Assembly (NCBI GenBank): GCA_022508405.1
Contig: JAFLVI010000001.1
Location: 32,230 to 96,229 of the forward strand
Source: Clostridiales bacterium
GTDB taxonomy: Bacteria; Bacillota; Clostridia; Christensenellales; Pumilibacteraceae
Direction of reading: 5' to 3'
Length of the DNA stretch: 64,000 nt
The position numbers were made by a program, and so were the translations under genes. Every line of letters starts with the position of its first letter. The first letter of the stretch is position 1. Positions 59,704-64,000 of the stretch are shown one piece after another. The notes under the pieces are model-generated. The model worked only from the letters and a program-made list of their open reading frames with translations, was not told the DNA's origin and did not search any database.

Positions 59704-60819
59704 ATGAAGAAAACTCTTGTGGCATTTTTGCTCGCCGCGCTAATGTGCTTTGCACTTGTCGGATGCGGCGGCAACGACAATCCCAAAGGGAACAAAACGC
59801 CCACCCCCGACGCCGGCAACGGAGAAAACGCGTACAAGGTTACATTCGCTTGTGACCAAAACGTTTCGGTTTTGGTTTACAACACGCAGGACATGTCGGG
59901 CGCAGGCAGTCAGTCCACCACTGCGTACTCGCGCGACGGAGTTTCCGGCGACTTACTTAAAGACGGCAACGGACAGGTCAACTTTAAGCTTGTTTTTGCA
60001 AGCGGCTATGAACTCGCCGACATCGTCATAACGGAAGGCTACAACAACCTTAAAAACTCTGCCGACACCGGCGTGGAAAACGGTTACAGAATCACAAAGA
60101 TCACCGCGGATTTGACCGTCACGATCACTTCCAAGCAAGTAGGCGCGGCGGAAGACTTGACGCAAGGATACACGGTTACCTTTGTTTGCGACGAGCATGT
60201 TTCGGTCTTGGTTTACAAAACGCAGGACATGAGCGGGAACGGCGAACAGACCAATACGGCGTATTCTAGAGATAGCAGCACGGGCGCGCTCACAAAGGGC
60301 GGCGACGGGCAGGTCAACTTTGTACTTGTGTTCGACAACGGCTACGAGCTTGCCGACATCGATATTACCGAAGGGTATAACAACCTTAAGGGCTCTAACG
60401 ACACCGGTGTGGAAAACGGTTACAGGATTACCAAGATAACAGATAATTTAACGGTCACCGTTACGACAAAGGAAGAAGGCGCGGCGGAAGACTTTACGCA
60501 AGGATATAAAGTAACCTTTGTTTGCGACGAGCATGTATCGGTCTTGGTTTACAAAACGCAGGACATGAGTGGAGACGGCGAACAGACAAATACGGCGTAT
60601 TCTAGGGAAAGCGGCACGGGCGCGCTCACAAAGGTCGACGGGCAGGTCAACTTTGTGCTTATCTTCGACGAAGGCTACGGACCCGAAAACTACAATATAG
60701 AAATAACCGGCACTTATAAAAACAACAAAGAGCAGGGTGAAATTAACGGCGGATACGGCTACAGAATTACCAAGATCGAAAGTGAGCTTACAATAACCAT
60801 AACCGCCAAACAGGCTTAA
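59704..60819 (+). CDS. Lipoprotein with three tandem 112-aa beta-rich repeats
   Basis: Lipobox LVGC; repeats start at 59833, 60169 and 60505 (336-bp period). Confidence 0.85.
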   Translation: MKKTLVAFLLAALMCFALVGCGGNDNPKGNKTPTPDAGNGENAYKVTFACDQNVSVLVYNTQDMSGAGSQSTTAYSRDGVSGDLLKDGNGQVNFKLVFASGYELADIVITEGYNNLKNSADTGVENGYRITKITADLTVTITSKQVGAAEDLTQGYTVTFVCDEHVSVLVYKTQDMSGNGEQTNTAYSRDSSTGALTKGGDGQVNFVLVFDNGYELADIDITEGYNNLKGSNDTGVENGYRITKITDNLTVTVTTKEEGAAEDFTQGYKVTFVCDEHVSVLVYKTQDMSGDGEQTNTAYSRESGTGALTKVDGQVNFVLIFDEGYGPENYNIEITGTYKNNKEQGEINGGYGYRITKIESELTITITAKQA

Positions 60820-60825
60820 TAAAAG

Positions 60826-60854
60826 AAAAAAATCCACAGCAATGTGGATTTTTT
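60826..60854 (+). terminator. Intrinsic terminator
   Basis: AAAAAAATCCACA-GCAA-TGTGGATTTTTT. Confidence 0.8.
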
Positions 60855-60902
60855 AATTGCCGATTTCGAATTCGCAATTTGCGTACTGCATAAACTACGT
60901 GT

Positions 60903-61424
60903 ATGAAAAAGCGCTTAAAATACTTGCTTGCCGTTTTTACGGTGCTTATGTTTTCGGTAGTGATAGTGCCGGCTTTTGTTCTGTGCACGATTTACCCAAA
61001 TAAGTACGCGGCGGAAATAGGCGAAGCGGCGGACGAATTCGGATTATCTCGGTCGCTTGTAAAGTCGGTGGTGTGGGCGGAAAGCAGGTTCGATCCACAT
61101 GCGACTTCGCATAAGGGTGCAAAAGGGCTTATGCAGCTAATGCCGGAAACGTTTGATATGTGCGCCAATGCGCTTGGGCTTCGCGGCTCGAATATATACG
61201 ACGTTAACACTTCCTTGCGGTGCGGATGCTACTATCTTTCCATACTTATAGAAAAATTCGACGGCAACGTAACCGCCGCGCTCATGGCGTACAACGCAGG
61301 CGAGACAAACGCAAAAAGGTTTTTGGACGGGGAGAAAATCTTTCCGGAAACAAAAAAATACCTAAGCGACATTGATAGAGCGCAAAAGGTGTACGGATTT
61401 TTTCAATTCGGAATTCGGGATTAG
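60903..61424 (+). CDS. Lytic transglycosylase (SLT domain)
   Basis: AESRF, GAKGLMQLMPET, AYNAG, FPET. Confidence 0.92.
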   Translation: MKKRLKYLLAVFTVLMFSVVIVPAFVLCTIYPNKYAAEIGEAADEFGLSRSLVKSVVWAESRFDPHATSHKGAKGLMQLMPETFDMCANALGLRGSNIYDVNTSLRCGCYYLSILIEKFDGNVTAALMAYNAGETNAKRFLDGEKIFPETKKYLSDIDRAQKVYGFFQFGIRD

Positions 61425-61439
61425 GAATTCGGAATTGGA
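61405..61439 (+). repeat. Heptamer array overlapping the slt 3' end
   Basis: AATTCGG AATTCGG GATTAGG AATTCGG AATTGGA; degenerate reverse array at 60855-60879. Confidence 0.75.
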
Positions 61440-61444
61440 TAAGT

Positions 61445-62071
61445 TTACCGCAAAATTTCTTGTATAAGTTCGGTTATTTCGCTTATAAATTCGGCTTTGT
61501 CGCGGTCGGACGGGACTATGTAGTCGGACATGGTGCACCGCTCGGTATCGGGGATTTGCGCGTCTATAATGTTAACAGCGTCGGCGGCGGAAATTCCGTC
61601 ACGGGACATTAGCCGCTTTATCCTGAGCGCTCGCGGCGCATACACGCACACGGTTACGTCGCACAGCGAGGAAAGAGCCGATTCAAACAGCAGCGGCGCG
61701 GATAGAATTACAGGCGGCTTTTTTGTTGATATAAGCCGTTTTATATGCGCGGTTATTGCGGGGTGGGTTATTTCGTTCAGCCTGATACGCGCGGCACAGT
61801 CGGTGGATATTATTCGGCGAAGCGCGGCGCGGTTTAGTTTGCCTTTTTCGCACGCTTGCGGAAAGGCGAGCAGTAACGCTTGTTCGCCGTCTGTGCCAAA
61901 AGCAAACAGTTCGCGCGAAACCTCGTCCGCGTCGATTACGGTGTAGCCGACCTTGCGCAGCGCTTGCGTCGCTTCGGTCTTGCCGCTTGCTATGCCGCCC
62001 GTCAAGCCTATTACGGTGACATTATTTTTTTTACCTGTTTGCAGTTCGCGCGCATTGCGAGTAAAATTCAT
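61445..62071 (-). CDS. coaE: Dephospho-CoA kinase
   Basis: IGLTGGIASGKT, IDAD, LNEITHP, PLLFE. Confidence 0.93.
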   Translation of the reverse strand: MNFTRNARELQTGKKNNVTVIGLTGGIASGKTEATQALRKVGYTVIDADEVSRELFAFGTDGEQALLLAFPQACEKGKLNRAALRRIISTDCAARIRLNEITHPAITAHIKRLISTKKPPVILSAPLLFESALSSLCDVTVCVYAPRALRIKRLMSRDGISAADAVNIIDAQIPDTERCTMSDYIVPSDRDKAEFISEITELIQEILR

Positions 62072-62074
62072 TTT

Positions 62075-64000
62075 TTACTTGCACTCCATCCAGTTGTTGC
62101 CCACCGAAATATCCACGTTGAGCGGCACGGAAAGCGTGACCGCGTTTTCCATTTCGGTTTTTAATATTTGTTTAACTTGCTCCACTTCGTCGGGAGCGGT
62201 GTCCACAATAAGCTCGTCGTGCACTTGCAGGATCAGATTGGACTTCATGCCGGCAAGGCGGTTGCTTACGCGCACCATGGCGATTTTTATTATGTCGGCG
62301 GCAGAGCCCTGCAACGGCGTGTTCATTGCCACGCGCTCGCCGAATTTGCGTTCTGTAAACTTTGCGGAATTGAGTTCGGGGATTGACCTGCGCCGCCCAA
62401 ACATGGTTACGGCGTAGCCTTTTGCTTTGGCGCTTTCTATAAGCCCGTCCAAGTACGCCTTTACGGCGGGGAAGCGATCAAAGTACCGCTTGATATATTC
62501 GTCCGCCTTGCGCGGCGGGATGTGAATGTTTTGACTCAGTCCGTAGTTGCTTATGCCGTACACAATGCCGAAGTTGACCGCTTTGGCGTCGCGGCGCATT
62601 TGCGGCGTGACCTTATCGGGCTGCACTTCAAAAACCTCCGCCGCCGTGGAAGCGTGGATGTCTCCGCCGTTACGGAACGCTTCGGTCATTTTGGGATCGC
62701 CGGAAAAGTGCGCAAGCAGCTTTAATTCTATCTGGCTGTAATCGGCGTCTACTAAGACGTTACCCTTGGACCCTACAAACATGGAGCGGAGCAGCCGCCC
62801 TTCTTCCGCGCGTGTGGGAATGTTTTGAAGGTTGGGATCGGTGGAAGACAGTCTGCCCGTGGTGGTCAGCGTTTGGTTAAAGCGCGTATGCACTGTGCCG
62901 TCCGCATGAAGCGCCTTTCGCACTCCGTCAATAAAGGTCGATTTCAGCTTGGAGTTAAATCTGTATTTGAGAATTTCGTCCACTATCTCGTAGTCGCCGG
63001 ACAGTTTTTCCAAAACTTCCGCCTTGGTTGAGTACGTCTTTGCCGACTTGTCGGGATAGGGAATACCCATGTCTTCAAACAACAATTTGGCAAGCTGTTT
63101 GGGTGAGTTCAGATTTATGTCCGTATTACACAGATTTCGTATTCGCTCTATATTGGCGCGTTCCAGTTCGGAAAACTTAACGTCTATTTCGTCCAGCCGC
63201 TTTTTGTCCACCGCAAAGCCCTTGCGCTCCATATCGAACAGAACGTAAAGTAGCGGCAACTCTATATCGCGGTACAGCTTTTGCAAGCCGCGCATGGATA
63301 GCTCGTTTTCGCATTCGCGGTACATGGGCAAAAGCTCGGCGGCGGTTGTGGGATTTAATCGGTATTCCAGTAGATACGCCATAAGCGCCACGTCCTCGGC
63401 GTGATCGGGCTTTACGGGCGATATCGCGTGTAACAGCGATTTAAGCCCAAACGAGATAAGCTTGTTTGTAAGCGCGGGCTTTAGTACGTCCATGCATGCG
63501 GACATGGTAAACACGCTGATAAGCGTATCGGCTACGGGCGCAAAATAATCGGTGTTTTCGTCTACTGCAATGTGCAATCCGTCGTCGGAATAAAGTAGCG
63601 CAAGCTCGCCGCTCGCTTTTTCGACTACGGCACGCAACTCGTCCAAATTTTGGAGCGTGACGGATTTAATTTGTTTTACTATCGGTTCCGGCTCGTTTTC
63701 CGATTGCGCAAAAAGATCGTCGCGTGATAAAAGCGACTTAAACTCCAGCTGAGTAAACTTTGCTTTTACGGCGGCGGGGAAGGGGAAGCTAAGCGCGCAG
63801 TCGGATAGGTTAAAGTCAATGGGCGCGTCGGTGTCTATGCGCGCTAATTTATAAGATAGGTACGCGTTTTCTTCGCCCGCTTTAAGCTTGTCCCCGCGAC
63901 TGCCCTTTATTTCGGCAATGCTTTTGTAAATGCCGTCAAGCGAGCCGTATGTGCGAATTAGCTCGGCGGCGGACTTTTCGCCTATGCCCGCAACCCCGGG
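62075..64000 (-). CDS. polA: DNA polymerase I, 5' end outside window
   Basis: PGVAGIGEKSA (5'-3' exo HhH) at the window edge; TGRLSS, DYSQIE, AKAVNFGIVYG, QVHDEL. Confidence 0.96.
   Translation of the reverse strand, partial: PGVAGIGEKSAAELIRTYGSLDGIYKSIAEIKGSRGDKLKAGEENAYLSYKLARIDTDAPIDFNLSDCALSFPFPAAVKAKFTQLEFKSLLSRDDLFAQSENEPEPIVKQIKSVTLQNLDELRAVVEKASGELALLYSDDGLHIAVDENTDYFAPVADTLISVFTMSACMDVLKPALTNKLISFGLKSLLHAISPVKPDHAEDVALMAYLLEYRLNPTTAAELLPMYRECENELSMRGLQKLYRDIELPLLYVLFDMERKGFAVDKKRLDEIDVKFSELERANIERIRNLCNTDINLNSPKQLAKLLFEDMGIPYPDKSAKTYSTKAEVLEKLSGDYEIVDEILKYRFNSKLKSTFIDGVRKALHADGTVHTRFNQTLTTTGRLSSTDPNLQNIPTRAEEGRLLRSMFVGSKGNVLVDADYSQIELKLLAHFSGDPKMTEAFRNGGDIHASTAAEVFEVQPDKVTPQMRRDAKAVNFGIVYGISNYGLSQNIHIPPRKADEYIKRYFDRFPAVKAYLDGLIESAKAKGYAVTMFGRRRSIPELNSAKFTERKFGERVAMNTPLQGSAADIIKIAMVRVSNRLAGMKSNLILQVHDELIVDTAPDEVEQVKQILKTEMENAVTLSVPLNVDISVGNNWMECK

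Noticed and set aside
8210-61439. Heptamer arrays as CRISPR repeats
   Set aside because: Units are 7 bp, contiguous and without spacers; no cas genes in the window

Overview
Chromosomal window from an anaerobic Firmicute. Gene content suggests Clostridia, possibly a Christensenellales-like gut lineage (inference). Most of it is housekeeping: metK, recD2, fhs, glnS, alaS, leuS, tRNA-Arg(CCT), a pur operon lacking purF, murG, trmL, a type IIA topoisomerase pair, coaE and polA. The standout is a compact ~10 kb phage-derived cluster at 18731-28743. It encodes a terminase large subunit, a short TerS-like protein, portal, scaffold, major capsid, putative short-tail adaptor/nozzle proteins and two holins. 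It has no recognisable integrase, repressor, replication genes, att sites or endolysin, and it carries two host repeat families, so it is a candidate domesticated gene transfer agent (GTA)-like system. It is followed by a hybrid kinase / REC-HD-GYP-GGDEF / Hpt phosphorelay. Three dispersed repeat families are visible: 7-bp tandem arrays with an orientation rule relative to genes; 166-213 nt hairpins with a shared core, one sitting where purF would be expected; and a two-hairpin REP-like unit. All calls come from motif recognition by eye; no database searches were run.
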